From the human T2T-CHM13v2.0 reference genome, Homo sapiens, in assembly GCF_009914755.1 (NCBI RefSeq), contig NC_060943.1: DNA of 64,000 bases. One strand, written 5' to 3'. Under the pieces are notes generated by a model that was not told the origin of the DNA, made no database searches, and was given only the letters and a program-made list of their open reading frames with translations. A program made the position numbers and the translations under genes. Of this stretch, positions 36,622 through 52,703 are shown in pieces. Each line of letters opens with the position of its first letter. The stretch's first letter is position 1.

Positions 36622-39600
36622 TCATGGTTTAGAACTTGCTGAGAAAGAACTGTCTTTGAGCTGGGCTCGGTGGCTCACACCTGCAATCCTGGCACTTTGG
36701 GAGACTGAGACGGGACGATGGCTTGCATCCGGAAGTTTGAGACCAGCCTAGGCAACATGGATACCCACTTTGTAGAGACCAAAGATAAAAAATTAGCCAG
36801 GTGTGGGGGCACATGCCTGTGGTCTCAGCTACTCAGGGGGCTAAGGTGGGAGAACTGCTTGAGCCCAGGAGGTGGAGGCTGCAGTGAGCCATGATCATAC
36901 CACTGCAATCAGCTAAAAAAAAAACAAAATAATTTTCTTTGGATACTTACAAACTGTTCTGTCTAATAAGTGAAAATGACCAGAGACCAAAATGAAAAAT
37001 ATATTAGGCTGAATTACACCAAATTGTCCACATCCCCCATTTTTGACCACACTGCAATTAGGTGTTTCAACCCAACGCATTTTGAACCCCCCGTGTATTT
37101 TGCTTGTATCTAGAAAATACTCATATGACCAACAAGAAAAATAAAATGTTCACTAAGAATGAGAAAATTCAGAGAGTGTAATCACGCAAATCCCAGTGAT
37201 TTAAATAAGCCACAGGGAGTGCAGCCAGCCCTTCACAGCATCTTCCAGGATGGCCCCCGCCCCAGGGCAAGTGTCACTGCTCCTGTGTTCCTGAGACACT
37301 GGGGCCCCTACCCAAGGTCAGGCAGGGAACAAGTGTGGCTGGGACTGGGCTTCAAAATCCAAGCCGGGACACCCTGCTGGGCTGTATTCCTCCCCAGTCT
37401 CGTTTCCTGGTGTACCACGCGAAACTACTTCTATTTCCATCCATCCCACAACGCACCCTCTTCCACATTTTGACACTGCTGGAATGCAGATTAATCTCAC
37501 AGTTGGGGTCTGTCTTGATTTAACTGGGCACGCCTTTTTCTTGGCACTATATGAAACAGGGTGCCTCCCCAATGACAGCGCCTTCGATTTGATGAAATAT
37601 CACAGCAGTGTTTAATACACAGGCTGTCGTGAGGTAGAATGCCTGTGAGGCATCTGTGCAATGAGACATTCTGCAGCTGGGGGAAAGATTGAGGCAGGTC
37701 TGTATGCTGACTTGGGATGATCTGAGACTTCTTAAGAGAAAAAGGAAGGTGCAGGGATGGGCAAGGTAGCTCACTCATGTAATCCCTGCAATTTAGGAGG
37801 CAGAGGCTGGAGGACTGCTTGAGCCCAGGAATTCCAGACCAGCCTAGACAACATAAGAAGACCACGCCTTTATAAAAAATTTCAAAATTAAGGAAGGTGA
37901 AGAACAGTATACAGTTCTGTGCTCCTAAGTTAGAAAATAATGAACTTCTGCAGACACATGCTCACATAGGCACAAACATCTCCAGAAGAGAAGTCATGAT
38001 CCTGGAGCCCTGCCTGCCTCCAAGGGAGGGGAACTGGGAGTCGAAGGAAAGGAACAGCCTCTAATAACAAATGGGAAGCACTTGCTATCATCAACTATCC
38101 CTACTCCCACCCATTATGAAGGAGGAACTGGGGCACAGATTGAAAAAACAGATTCCAGAAAAACAGCAGTTGCTCCAGGCTTGGTAGCTGGAATTACAAA
38201 AGGCACGCTGCCCTCCCCACCCACTCAGAGACTGGAGTCCCCATAACCCATCTATGTCCACCCCACGGAGGCAGAGATTTCCACCTGCTTTGAACACAGT
38301 TCTGCCCCCAGAACTCATGGTGGATACTCAGTAGATACTTGGGTAATGAAAGAGTGAGGCAGCCAAAGTCCAAGTGGCCCCAGGGCCAGGGCGCAGCAGG
38401 GCCCAGTGCAGACCCGGGCAGAGCACGCACTGAGCCCTGGTGCACACCCGGGCAGAGCGGTGTTGGCTTCTGCACTCCCTGGCCCAACATCTCAAGCCAG
38501 TATTTCTCAACTTGCTTTAACCCATGCCCCCTTAGGAACAAATTACAGCCTAATTCCCAAACCCTACACTAATATTCCTGTTTTTCAAAAAAAAAAAAAA
38601 AAAAAAGCAGGGGCCGGGGACAGGGCAGGAGCCCATTCCATGACAGGCTTTTTTCTTTTTTGTTTCTTTTTGTTTTTGGAGACAGAGTCTCGCTTTGCTG
38701 CCAGGCTGGAGTGCAGTGGCTCCCAGGTTTAAGCGATTCTCCTGCCTCAGCCTCCAGAGTAGCTGGAACTACAGGCACCCGCCACCATAATTTTTGTATT
38801 TTTAGTAGAGACAGGGTTTCACCATGTTGGCCAGGATGGTCTCGATCTCTTGACCTCATGATCTGCCTGCCTCGGTCTCCCCAAGTGCTGGGATTACAGG
38901 TGTGAGCTGCTGTGCCCAGCCTTCCATGACATGCTTTATCAGACATAGTTGTCCTCTCACAAATTTTAAATTTTTTTAATGCTGACTCTGAGTAAATGAT
39001 GGCGGATTGGGAAAAAAAAAATCACAGATCTCCTAAGAGATACAGTGAAGATATTAAAAAGGAAAATATGTCTCTCATATATAAAGATCTTGAGAGACTG
39101 TCACGTGAAGATGGCAGATTGCAGACTAAGATGTACAGCGTGGTATCATCTTTGTTTTCAAAGACAGGGGTGGAGAGAACACAGATGGTCCCTCTGTGGA
39201 GAGAACCCAAATACATGAAGGATGGCACTGCCACACCACCAGCCCAGAAGCAGCTCTGGGAGGCTACTCCAGATGGGAATCAGGAGCACAGGCCCTGGAC
39301 CCACCCCAGCTGGGGCTCCAAGAGTGGCTCTGCCACCTGGACCAGCTCAGCCCTCCCAGCTCTCCCCTCCACCAGGGCCTGGGCCTGGGGCTAAGAGGTT
39401 GGCGGGCTGTCGGCGCAGAGCACCGCGCGCAGGGCGGGGTGGAAGGGAGGGTGCCGAAGACACTCGCAGGGGCGGGCCTACCCCACCTACCCTGGCTCCC
39501 ACTGCCCACCCTACAGAAAGCTCCAGAAACCACAGCAATGCAGGAGGTTATCTGGGAGTAACTGGGGCTCGCCTGCTGCCTGACTAGCTTCCGATCCAAT

Positions 39601-41210
39601 TCTAACTGGACCAAAGTTGCAAGGTTGCAGCACTCAGAATTCCAGATGAAAAGCAAGGGCCTCTGTCCAGGATCCTTCTCAAGGGTTTGCAACATGGCGT
39701 CTGGGGCAAAGGGGAGCTCCCCATGAAGCTGGGCCTCAAGTATCTTCTAGCCCCCAGAGGAGAGCCCCTGGGTAAACCACGACTGTAAAAATAACAGCAC
39801 TGAGTGGCTAGCTCCAGACACCACCTCGCTTGATTCTCAAGAGCACTGCAATTCTCAAGAGCCAGCATTTCTGCTGTGGGGACTGAGGCACATGGAGGTG
39901 GAGTCACCTGTGAAGGTCACACAGCAGGGATGTGGCAGAGCTGGCACTCACCTGTGCACAGCCTACTCCTCCTTAGCACCACCCGCCTGTCCCTGAGCCT
40001 CAGTGAAGCGCTGAAAGCTACACGAGACTCAGGAGGGTAAAGCAGGGACCCTCTCTAGGGAAGGCTCATGGGACACCCAGCCAGGGAGCCCACGGGAAAA
40101 GCAAAGGAAGAACTCTCCTCGTAAGCCATGATCTGCACCCGCTTTTCAGAGAGGGGCCCCCACCCCTGCCACTCAACAGCAGTCCCAAGAACACCTTCCA
40201 CTTGCAGAGGCTGGTACCACTGTGCGTTATGGTGGAGGACTCCTGTCGCCCTCCCAGCAACCCTGTGTAGTAGGTACTGCCATTCACTTCATGCTAAAAT
40301 GACAAGACCGAAGCACAGAGAGGCTCATCTGCCCACCGACAGAGGCCAGGGACACAAGAAGTGCCCAGGCACTTCTACCTCCAAGAGCACTTCCCCCATC
40401 GGTATTTTCTGGAACCTTCTCATCCTCATTTGGGCTCAGGGCCAGGGGAGGGACATGGGGGAGCCACGTTCGCCATACCAACACTGGGAAGGGCACAGTA
40501 CGGGGCAAGCACAGGCTCTGGGCCAGGAGCTGTGGGGTCATTGCCACCCAATGCGCTGCCTGCCTTCCGTACCAGCTGGGGACCTCACAGTGGGTGAGAG
40601 GACAGGCTCTGGGGGATGGCCTGGACGTGGATCCCAGCTCTGCCCCTTCCTGCAGGCAACACTGGGCAGGTTGTATGCCCTTCCTGTGCCTCGGTGGGTG
40701 AGGCACTAGAGGGTCCTATCAGGGTGAAATGAGACACTAGACATAAAGTGCTGAGAGCGGTGCCCAGCACATTGAGGTCTCAGAAGGCTGTCATGAGAGT
40801 TCACCCAGCCGGCCTGCAAATGTGGAGCATTTCTGTGCACCAGGCTTGTTCAGGGCACTGTGGATGCAGCAGGGGACAAGCCCATCATGGCTCCTGACCT
40901 CAAGGGGAGGACAAGTGTGTAGAAGCTCCAAGGCGGGGGCCAAACAGGGAGACTCCTTCTCAGAGGGCAGTCAGGGGAGGCCTGAGGAGATGACGTTTAA
41001 ACCAGGACCTGAACAATGGCCATCCCCAGTGCCTAGAACAGGCCCTTGGCACACAGCTATGAAATAAATGAAATGGAGGGAAGGAGGCAGGGGATTGGGA
41101 GGGAAAGGAACCCAGGCAGAGGGAACTGCATGGCAAAGACCCCAGGGCAGGAGCAAGCTGGGGTGTCTGTGAAAGGCACACAGGTGCCAGAATGGCTGGA
41201 GCCAACAGAG

Positions 41211-41590
41211 AGGAGTGGAGGAGATGAGGACAGAGAGGAGTGCAGGAGATGAGGACAGGGAGGAGTGGAGGAGATGAGGACAGGGAGGAGTGGAGGAGAT
41301 GAGGACAGGGAGGAGTGGAGGAGATGAGGACAGAGAGGAGTGCAGGAGATGAGGACAGGGAGGAGTGGAGGAGATGAGGACAGGGAGGAGTGGAGGAGAT
41401 GAGGAGAGAGAGGAGTGCAGGAGATGAGGACAGGGAGGAGTGGAGGAGATGAGGACAGGGAGGAGTGGAGGAGATGAGGAGAGAGAGGAGTGCAGGAGAT
41501 GAGGACAGGGAGGAGTGGAGGAGATGAGGACAGGGAGGAGTGGAGGAGATGAGGACAGGGAGGAGTGGAGGAGATGAGGACAGGGAGGAG
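41211..41590 (+). repeat. Minisatellite, 15 x 25 bp (AGGAGTGGAGGAGATGAGGACAGGG), AKT2 intron 4
   Basis: parsed unit by unit. Confidence 0.95.
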
Positions 41591-43408
41591 AGCATGCCCA
41601 GACCGCTCCGGCCTCTACGTGCCACCATGTTAGAGATCTGGGTCTTATCCTCAGCACCACAGGAAGTCGCTGAAGGGTTTTAGTCAGGGGGGAACAGGCT
41701 CCAAATTTCTGTTTTAAGTCAGTAGCTGCTGTGTGGGCTACGGACTGGGGGCAGTGAGAGGAGACCCCGGCATCCTCCAGGAAAGAGATGCTGGTGGCAG
41801 AGGAGACAGAGGTAAGAAAGGTACCAGTGCTGCGTGTGCCAAAGCTGCCATGGGCAGGCCCTGCGCCAGTGCCTTCATGTTTACTTCCTCCTCTACACCA
41901 CATGACAGCCAGGGAACTGAGCCCCACTGAGGGAGAGACACGGCAGCTGGCCTGAATCCAGGGCCTGGACCCCAGCCCTGGGCCATCCTGCGGGGCACCC
42001 CAGAGAGAAGCTCGGCGAAGCAGAGGTGGCAGGGCTGTCCTTCATGCACAAGCCCGTCCTCACCGCTTCAGGAGTGACAGCTGACTGTGGGGACTCTCCC
42101 CTAACCATCACCTCCCCGACCTAGAGGGGCATTTACAGCTGGAGGGCATCTGGGGCCCTCCCTGTGCACAGATAGTCTGCCTTGTGAGGAGAAAATAAAT
42201 TAATATATGAAAAGTCCTCGGAACAGGATCTAGCTCAGAGAATTTAATTATTTTTTATTTATCCAACAAACATTTACTGAACACCCATTTGTGTGCCAGA
42301 TACATACATAAATATAAATGTCCCACTTGGTGGACAGGTGCTATGAAGAAAAGCACAGCTGGGGAAGGGCAAGACAGCGAAGGGAGGCAGGGCAGGACGC
42401 ACTGGGGTGGCAACACTGGGGCAGAGACCTCGTGGAGTCGGGGAGAGCTGTGATGGCATCTCAGGGAGGAAGGCCTTAGACAAACGCGACAGCAAGCGCT
42501 GAGGCCCTCGGGCAAGAGATGTGCTAGGCATGTTTAAGGAACAGCAAGGAGACACGTGGCTAAGTGAGGGTGCTTGTGGTAGGAAATGCTTCTGGAGAGG
42601 TCGCTGGATCATACAGGACTCTGCAGGACACAGCACGGACCTTGGAGTTTACTCTGAGTGGGAGTGAAAGCCATTCAGAGTTCTAAGCAGAGAAAATACA
42701 TGATAAGATTTACATCAAGGCCAGGCACGGTGGCTCACGCTTGTAATCCCAGCATTTTGGGAGGCCGAGGCGGGCAGATCACCTGAGGTCAGGAGTTCGA
42801 GACCAGCCTGACCAACATGAGAGAAACCCCATCTCTACTAAAAATACAAAATGAGCTAGGCATGGTGGCGCGTGCCTGTAATCCCAGCTACTCAGGAGGC
42901 TGAGGCGTGAGAATCACTTGAACCCAGGAGGAAGATGTTGCAGTGAACCAAGATTGCACCATTGTACTCCAGCCTGGGCAACAAGAGTGAAACTCTGTCT
43001 AAAAAAAAAAGAAAGAAAGATTTACGTCAAAAAGATCACAGATGGCCAGGCACAGTGGCTCATGGCTGTAATCTTAGCACTCTGGGAGGTTAAGATGGGC
43101 AGATCACTTGAGCCCAGGGGTTCAAGACCAGCCTGGGCAACATGGTGAAACCCCATCTCTACAAAAAATACAAAAATTAGCCTGGTGTGGTGGCAGGCGC
43201 CTGTAGTTCTAGCTACTAGGGAGGCTGGGGTGGGAGGATCACCTAAATCCGGGAGATTGAGGCTGCAGTGAGTCGTGATTCTGCCACTGCACTGCAGCCT
43301 GGGCAACAGAGACCCCATCAAAACAACAACAAAAAGATCATACTCACCTGATGCACTATTAAGTATTCTTGCCTGCCAAGACCAGGGGTCTGCAAACTTT
43401 TTCCATCA

Positions 43409-43588
<180 letters not shown>

Positions 43589-46500
43589 CTACTCAGGATC
43601 CTGAGGCGTAAGGATGGATTAAGCTCAGGAGTTTGAGACTGCAGTGAGCTATGATTGCACCGCTGCACTCCAGCCTGGGCAAGAGAGCAAGAACTTGTCT
43701 CTAAAAAAAAAGTTTTAAATTTAAAAAATTTTAATTAAAATTTTAAAAGGGCCAATTATTAAATTTTTTAGGCTTTGCAAGACAGTCTTTGTCACAACTA
43801 CTTAACCCAGCCACAGTAAGCCAAAAGCAGCCAGACTATTCATGAACAAATGGACATGGTCATGTTCCAATAAAACTTTATTTACAAAAATGGAAGGCAG
43901 GGCCATAGTTTGCCAACCCTGTTCCTGGCCTAATTCTAGTTTACAAGAAATACAAACATGGGGAACAAAAGTAAACAACACCAAAAGGCAATAATATGAC
44001 ACACCCAGAAGGTGTGACATTCTACAAGACAACTAGCCTGGCTTGTCAAAAAAATAAATAAATTAATAAAAAATCAATGTCTTGGGGAGGAAAAAAAAAG
44101 ACAAAGGGCTGAACTAGATTAAATAAAACAAGTCAAAGAGACATGTACCTTGAATGAATACTGGTTTTAAAACAATGTTCTAAAGGTTGCATATCCTTCA
44201 AAAGGTAACTAAAGAAATTCAAGTACGGCATGGATAAGGAGAAGTTACTAGTAAACAAAGATTATAATCATCTCAGGCGTGACAGCATCATGATTCTGTA
44301 GGAGAAAGTCCTTATTCTTAGGAGATGCCTGCTGAAACACTAAGAATGTCACTAAGTATGAACACAAGTTCAAGTTCAGCATAAAACACAACCAGATGAA
44401 GCAGACACGGTGAATGCGGGACTGCAGAGTCTAGGAGTGGGGCGCGTGGATGTCCATTCATTATACTATTCTTTCAACTTTTCTCCATGTGAAACACGTC
44501 TGCAGTGAAGTGGGGGACAGGGAGGAGGGTCTCTCCAGCTGGAGAGGCAACCAGGAGCCCAGTGAGGAGGCGCTGCAGCACCTAGCCAACAAGCAGTCAC
44601 CGACTGGCACCCACCTGCCCTGCAACCCCTGCCTCCCTCCCCAGGCTTAAGAGAGGCCAGCTGACATCAGCCTGTGTGGGCCAGGGCTGTGAGGACAGCA
44701 TCAGTCAGCCAGGAGCAGAGTGGAGGGGGCCTCCCTCTTGCTGGGTTTCTGGTTCACCCCCTCCACCCACCCATAGTTAAGGTCAGAAATCTGGGACCTG
44801 GTCTCTTAGTCGTTCCAGCAGTTTTCTCTTTGGCAACAGCAGCAGGTACCAAGAAGAAAAGGCAGGTGGGGCTCTCCAGCCTACAGAATCTTGGTAAAGG
44901 AAAGGGCATGTTGTCTTGTGAAAATGGAAACGAGACCATCTCTCCTGCCTACTAAAACACCTTGTCAGCTCCACCTTGTCAGTACCTGATGTGCCAGGTA
45001 CTGCTGCATCAGCCGCTCCTATTTATCATTCCCCTGCATCGTGTAACTACCCTGGGACAAACCGCAATTTACTAAGTGCCTGCCAAGCCCTGTGGGGATC
45101 TCCACCTGGAGTCCAAGGCCTTGGCTGAGCTCTCCAGCTTCGAGCGCCTCCACTTCCCCTCTTCCAACACTCCTGGCCCCTTGGTTCTCTGGTGACACAG
45201 AACCCCCTGTAGTCTCTGGAATGCATGAGCTATTTCACCTCCAGGTCTTTGCATATGCTGTCCCTTCTGAACTTTCTCCTTGCTATCTCCGTGGCCAAAT
45301 CCTATCCAGTCTTCAAAACCCAGCTCAACACCCAGGACCTATACACCCACTGGTCTCGATCTGTTTTTACTGGCCATTCATGTTTTGGTCCATAGTTTTC
45401 AACTGAGTAGCACCTCAGCTGGCTTGAGATGGTAATTTTGTTCCCCTCAGTGGGGCAAGTATATTTTTTACCTTGGGAGGATGTGCAACAATAATTATAG
45501 TATAGATTATAGTAACAAGTCTCATGATATTGTGGGTTCCTGAGCTGTACTGTCCAAGAAGGTAGCCACTAGCCATATGTGGCTCTTTAAATCAATTAAA
45601 ATAAACTAGAAAAAATCCATTCCTTGGTGGCTGTATTTCAAATGCTCAATCGGCACAAGCAGTCAGCACAGGCAATCGGCACAGGCAATTGGCACAGGTG
45701 CCTACTGGACAGTGCAGATAAAGGGCATTTCCACAATGGCCGGAAGTTTTCTTGGACGGCATGATTTTAGGGCTCTCTAGAGGGTCTGCTGAAACCTTAC
45801 CCCATAGATAAGCTAGAAGACTGTTTCTCAAAGTGAGGCCCAAAAGGACAAAGTGGGAAAAAGAAACATTTCCCACTGATTACAAAGGGCAAAGCTCCTT
45901 AATCTATAAAGAGCTAATACATAAATAAGAAAAAGACCAACTACCCAACAGAAAAATAGACAATATAGACACTTCAGAATAGGAACTCACATGGCCCTTG
46001 AGGGTCAAACTCATCCACAGAGAAAGAAAGGAAAGTTAAACACCCCGAGGTGCTGAATTTTTCCACTGCTCAGACTGGTACAAATCCAAATGTTTGAAAA
46101 CACAAGGCCATGGGGGCACTCTCAGACATCGCCTAATAGAAACATCGCAAAACCACAAACTTATTTTCCCTGTGCCTCGGCAATCCTGCATCTAAGCACT
46201 CGTCACACAGGTCTACCTGTGCACACATCAAACGAGACAGACACGGCTATTTCACTGCAGCATTCCTTATAATGAGCCAAAGGCTGGAAACAACCCCAGT
46301 CATCACAATAAAGAACGGCTAAATAAACACACTTGGGACACGCATGTCCAACTGTCCAAAAAAAAAAGCAAAACATGAAACAAAGCAGCTGCATCTCTCC
46401 ATATATCAAGGCAAATTCCCCAAGGTACACTAAGGGAAAAAGCAAGTCCAGAAGCATGTACAATGCTACCTTTTGTATTTAAAAAAAAAAAAAAAAAGGC

Positions 46501-46781
46501 AGCCAGGCACAAAGGTCTCCCTCTGCTCTTTGAGGGCACCTAAGAACAGTGATTAACTGGGGGGCAGGGAGGTGGATGGAAAGGGCAGGGTAGGGGAAGC
46601 TCCCACTAGACACCTCCTTATACTGTTTCAATTTTGAAATAGATGAGTCTTTATCATCTCTTCTGATTACTAAATTGATCTTTTTAAAATGACTCTCTGG
46701 ACCACCTGCCTCAAAATCAATAGAGATGCTCATTAAGAATGTAGGTCCTGCCGGGCAGGGTGGCTCACACCTGTAATCTCA

Positions 46782-47045
<264 letters not shown>

Positions 47046-47179
47046 TCAGGTGTGGTGGCTTGCACCTGTAATCCCAGCATTTTGGGAGGCCGAGGCAGGC
47101 GGATCACCTGAGGTCAGGAGTTTGAGACCAGCCTGGCTAATATGGAGAAGCCCCTTTTCTACTAAAAATACAAAAACTA

Positions 47180-47855
<676 letters not shown>

Positions 47856-49268
47856 CTAGCCCCATGCTAGATGGTGCTGGGGACACTCTAGGGACTGAGA
47901 CAGCCCTGGTCCTGTTCTCACAGGGCTCAGGGTCTAGTGTGTGTGTGTGTGGAAGGAGAGAAGCCCACCAGAGAGTGATGGCTCCATAGACAGGGCCGCG
48001 ATGGGGACAAGCCTAGAGGTGTGCAGAAGCTCAGAGGTAGCATCCAACCCAGCCTGGGGGGTTGGGGGGCTTCCCAGAGGAAGCAGCTTCTCTGAACTAA
48101 GCCCTGAAGGAAAAGGGAACTTAGAGGGTACACGGAGAACAGACGCTCAGAGGTGAGAGGAGGTTCAACATCCTCAGGGGGTGGCCAATTCTGCTCCAAG
48201 GGTGAGGAGGGGTAAGTGAGAGACAGCCCTGGAGAGGTGGGCTGGGGCCAGCCAGGCAGGGCTTTGGAGGCCATGGGAAAGAATCTGGACTTTGTCCTCA
48301 GGGCAGCAGGGAGCCATAGAAGGCTTTAGATAGGGAAGAGACACAAACAGACTGAGAATGATCCCTCTGGCTGCCATGTAGAGGGTGAGGCTGGAGGTTG
48401 GAAGGCCAGGGAGGTGGGGAGCCAGCTAGGGAGGATGGGGCCACACCAGAGTGGAGCCCTGCAGACAGGCCATGGGAAGAGGGCACTGAGGACCAGGCCC
48501 AGGCCTCTCGGCCTGCTGTCCCTGAGACAGAGACAGGAATAGAGCTGGGAGAGGCCTGAAGGTCAGGTTGGGATGTGGCACTTATGAGGACCTTGAAGAC
48601 ACTTGGGGAGATGTGTCCAAGGAGCAGCCTGGGACAGGCTGGGAGTTCTAGTGAGACACTGAGGTTGGGAACAGATGTGTCAGGGTCACCAGCACATGTG
48701 GAGAGCAATCAGGAAAAGGCTTCATGCAGAGCAGCGTGGGACGGGGACTGGGTTCCACAGCATGGCAGGAGAGGATAGTGGTCTGAGCTAAGGCACTGGC
48801 AGTGGAGATGGGGGTGCCTCTGTAATGTTCTTAGCAGGCAGAACAACAGGACATGGTGACCCATCAGGTCAGCAAGGAAGGAAGGCGGCAGAAAGGGGCA
48901 GCGATGTGGACAGGACCATATTCTCCAAGGCTCAGTCAAGAGCTTGGGGCTTGTGAAACTTCACTGCCAGGGTCTGGCTGGAAGACATCCCTTTGGGTAT
49001 TACAGAGGGACAGAGGACGCGAGGCCAGCCCTGTGACCAGCTGAGTGGGAAGCTGTGACCCCTCTACGTCCGAGGGACAGAGGATGGAGGCTGTTACCAA
49101 AGCACAGGATGGGAGGCACCTGCCACCAGTTGGGGACTCCAAGGCCTGGCTGACAGAAGCTGGAACCACAAGGAGGCGATGCATGGGGCTGGGTGTGGGC
49201 AAATGCCCTGGCTTCTCCCTCCCTCCCACTCTGCATCTCCCCGCAGGACAGCCCCGCCTGGCCAGCTA

Positions 49269-49583
<315 letters not shown>

Positions 49584-50081
49584 TTAGGACAAGGTTGAGT
49601 GATGTCCCAGGTAGGCGGCAGGAGGCCCAGTGTGACGGTGACTCACAAGGGGTACCACGGGGCGGGGAGGTGCGGGGGACACACGAGAATGCCTCTCCCA
49701 GAGGAGCCCTCCAGGTGGCCCCTGCTGACGCAGGCTGGGGCACTGGGCTGAGCCCGGGTGATCCACAGGTCATGCCTGGCAGGAAGGTGCCAGCAGCAGT
49801 GCCCTGGGGCACCAGTTGCCTCAGCGTGTGGCAAGGAGCAAGCTGTCTGTGCCAGCTCCTGGCCTAGTCCCAGGGGAGGCCCAGGCTTCCAAACACACAT
49901 GCTCTGTGGCCCTGTAAGGCCAAATCCCATGGGCTGGGATTCACCAATACAGCTGTGCAGGTAGCTCCAATGCCAAAACACTTCTGTGCCAGGCAGGGTG
50001 GCACTGCTGCCACACCCTCCCAGCGCCCCTTGACTCTTTCCAACTGTTCTTCACCATGAATATCCAAGCACCCTATGCACA

Positions 50082-50085
<4 letters not shown>

Positions 50086-50115
<30 letters not shown>
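50086..50115 (+). repeat. (CA)n microsatellite
   Basis: directly visible. Confidence 0.9.
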
Positions 50116-50118
<3 letters not shown>

Positions 50119-50630
50119 ACCCACTCATCAGAGAGCTGCTAAGGATTAAAAGGAGATGGTGAAACACATCCACACAAAAACTTACACACAAATGTCCTCA
50201 ACAGCATTATTCATAACAGCCATCGAGTGGAAACGACCCTAATGTCCATCAACAACGAATGGATAAACAAAATGTAGCAGATTCATACAACGGAAAACTA
50301 TTCAGTCATAAAAAGAAACGAAGTACTGAGACATGCTGCCATGTGGAGGGACCGTAACTTATGCTAAGTGAAAGAAGCCAGTCACAAAGGACCACGTATC
50401 ATTATGACTCCATTTATATAAAATGCCCAGAACAGGCAAATCTACAGAGATGAAAAGTAGGGCCCGGCACGGTGGCGCACACCTGTAATCCCGGCACTTT
50501 GGGAGGCCGAGGCGAGCGGATCACCTGAGGTCGGGAGTTGGAGACCAGCCTGACCAACATGGAGAAACCCCATCTCTACTAAAAATACAAAATTAGCCAG
50601 GCATGGTGGTGCATGCCTATAATCCCACTA

Positions 50631-50807
<177 letters not shown>

Positions 50808-51728
50808 CTAAAACCAACTGAACTGTATGCTTTAAATGGATGAATCATGTAGTACATCAGTTTTACCTCAACATGGCTATTAAACACCAGCACAGTGGCT
50901 CCCACCTGTAAAATCCTAGCACTTTGGGAGGCTGAGGCAGGCTTAAGTCTGGAGTTTGAGACGAGCCTGGGCAACATAGTGAGATCTGGTCTCCACAAAA
51001 AATGTTTTTTAATTAGCCAGGAGTCGTTGCGTGTGCCTGAAGTCCCAGCTACTCAGGAGGCCGAAATGGCAGAATCACCTGAGCTCAAGAAATTGAAGCT
51101 ATGATGGTGCCACTGCAGTCCAGCCCAGTGACAGAGCAAGACCCTAGCTCTTAAAAAAAAAAAAAAAAAGCATTTACAAAAGCCTCCAAAAAAATACTTA
51201 ACCAAGGGGGTGAAGGGCTTGTATACTACAAAACATTGTTTAAAGAAATTAGAGATCTACATAAATGCAAAAACATCCTGTGTGCATGGATTAGAAGACA
51301 ATATTGTTAAGATGGCAATACTACCCAAAGCAATATACAGATTCAATGCAATCCCTATCAAAATTCCAACAGGCTTTTTCTTTTTTCAGAAATAGAAAAG
51401 CCAATCCTCACATTCACATGGAATTTCAAAGGGCCCCAAAGAGCCAAAATAATATTGAAAAAGAAAAATAAAGTTAAATACTTTCCAATTTCAAAATTTA
51501 CTATACAAAGCTATAGTAATCAAAACAGTACAGTTTATACAGGACAGACATACAGACCAATGGAAGAGAATTCAGAGCCAAAAAATAAACCCAAATATCT
51601 ACATTCAACTGATTTTCAACACAGATGCCAAGATCATTCAATGGGGAAAGAACAGTTTCTTCAACAAAGAGACTATATTTTTTCAAAACGAAAGAAAAGA
51701 AACCTAGAAGAAAAAATATCCTTACAAT

Positions 51729-51803
51729 TTTTTTTGTTAATTTAAATACTGTTCCTTGCAGAGCAGGGAACAGTGACCCATAGGCAATGTGCCCAGAGTA
51801 GCC
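51729..51803 (-). mobile_element. Short polyadenylated retrocopy resembling an ERV1-LTR R region, with TSD
   Basis: GGCTACTCTGGGCACATTGCCTATGGG…CTGCAAGGAACAGT + A-rich tail; TSD TATCCTYACAAT at 51717-51728 and 51804-51815. Confidence 0.7.
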
Positions 51804-52526
51804 TATCCTCACAATCTTATCCCTATTTTGCAGATGAAGAAACTGAGGCAACTGGATATCCACATTCAAAAGAATGGATATCACATTCTTTTGTGATATC
51901 CTACTTCACACTGTAAACCATATACAAAAATAAACTCAAAATGAATTGACCTGAATATAAGAGCTAAAACTACAAAAAAAGTCTAAGAATACATGAGTAA
52001 ATCTCATTACTTTGAATTTGGCAATGAATTCTTAGATGACACCAAATGCACAAGCAACAAAAAGAAAAACTTCAAGTGAACTCATCAAAATTAAAAACCT
52101 TTGTGCATGAAAGGACACTGTCAAGAAAGTAAAAAGATAACCTACAGAATGGGTGGAAATACTTGGAAATCTAATAAGGGTCTATTAACCAGAACACATA
52201 AAGAACTCTTACAATGCAACAACAAAAAGACAAACTGCCTGATTTTAAAATGAGCAAAGGACTCAAAGAGATATTCCTCCAAAGATACACAAATGGTCAA
52301 CAGAAAGATGAAAAGATGTTCAGCATCATTAGTCATCTGGCAAACATAAATCAAAATCACGATGAAGGCCGGGCGCGGTAGCTCACACCTGTAATCCCAG
52401 CACTTTGGGAGGTCGAGGCAGGCGGATCACTTGAGGTCAGGAGTTCAAAACCAGCCTGGCCAACATGATCAAACCCCATCTCTACTAAAAATACAAAAAT
52501 TAGCCGGGCGTGGTGGCACATGCCTA

Positions 52527-52703
<177 letters not shown>

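Noticed and set aside
40960-41927. 318-aa and 222-aa repetitive ORFs on -
   Set aside because: They are translations of the stop-free 25-bp minisatellite and show no other coding evidence
45647-45698. 4 x 13-bp direct repeat
   Set aside because: Local slippage inside a MER3-like transposon; no spacers, so not CRISPR-like
51210-51745. L1 ORF2-like peptides
   Set aside because: Fragmented, frameshifted old L1; not an active element
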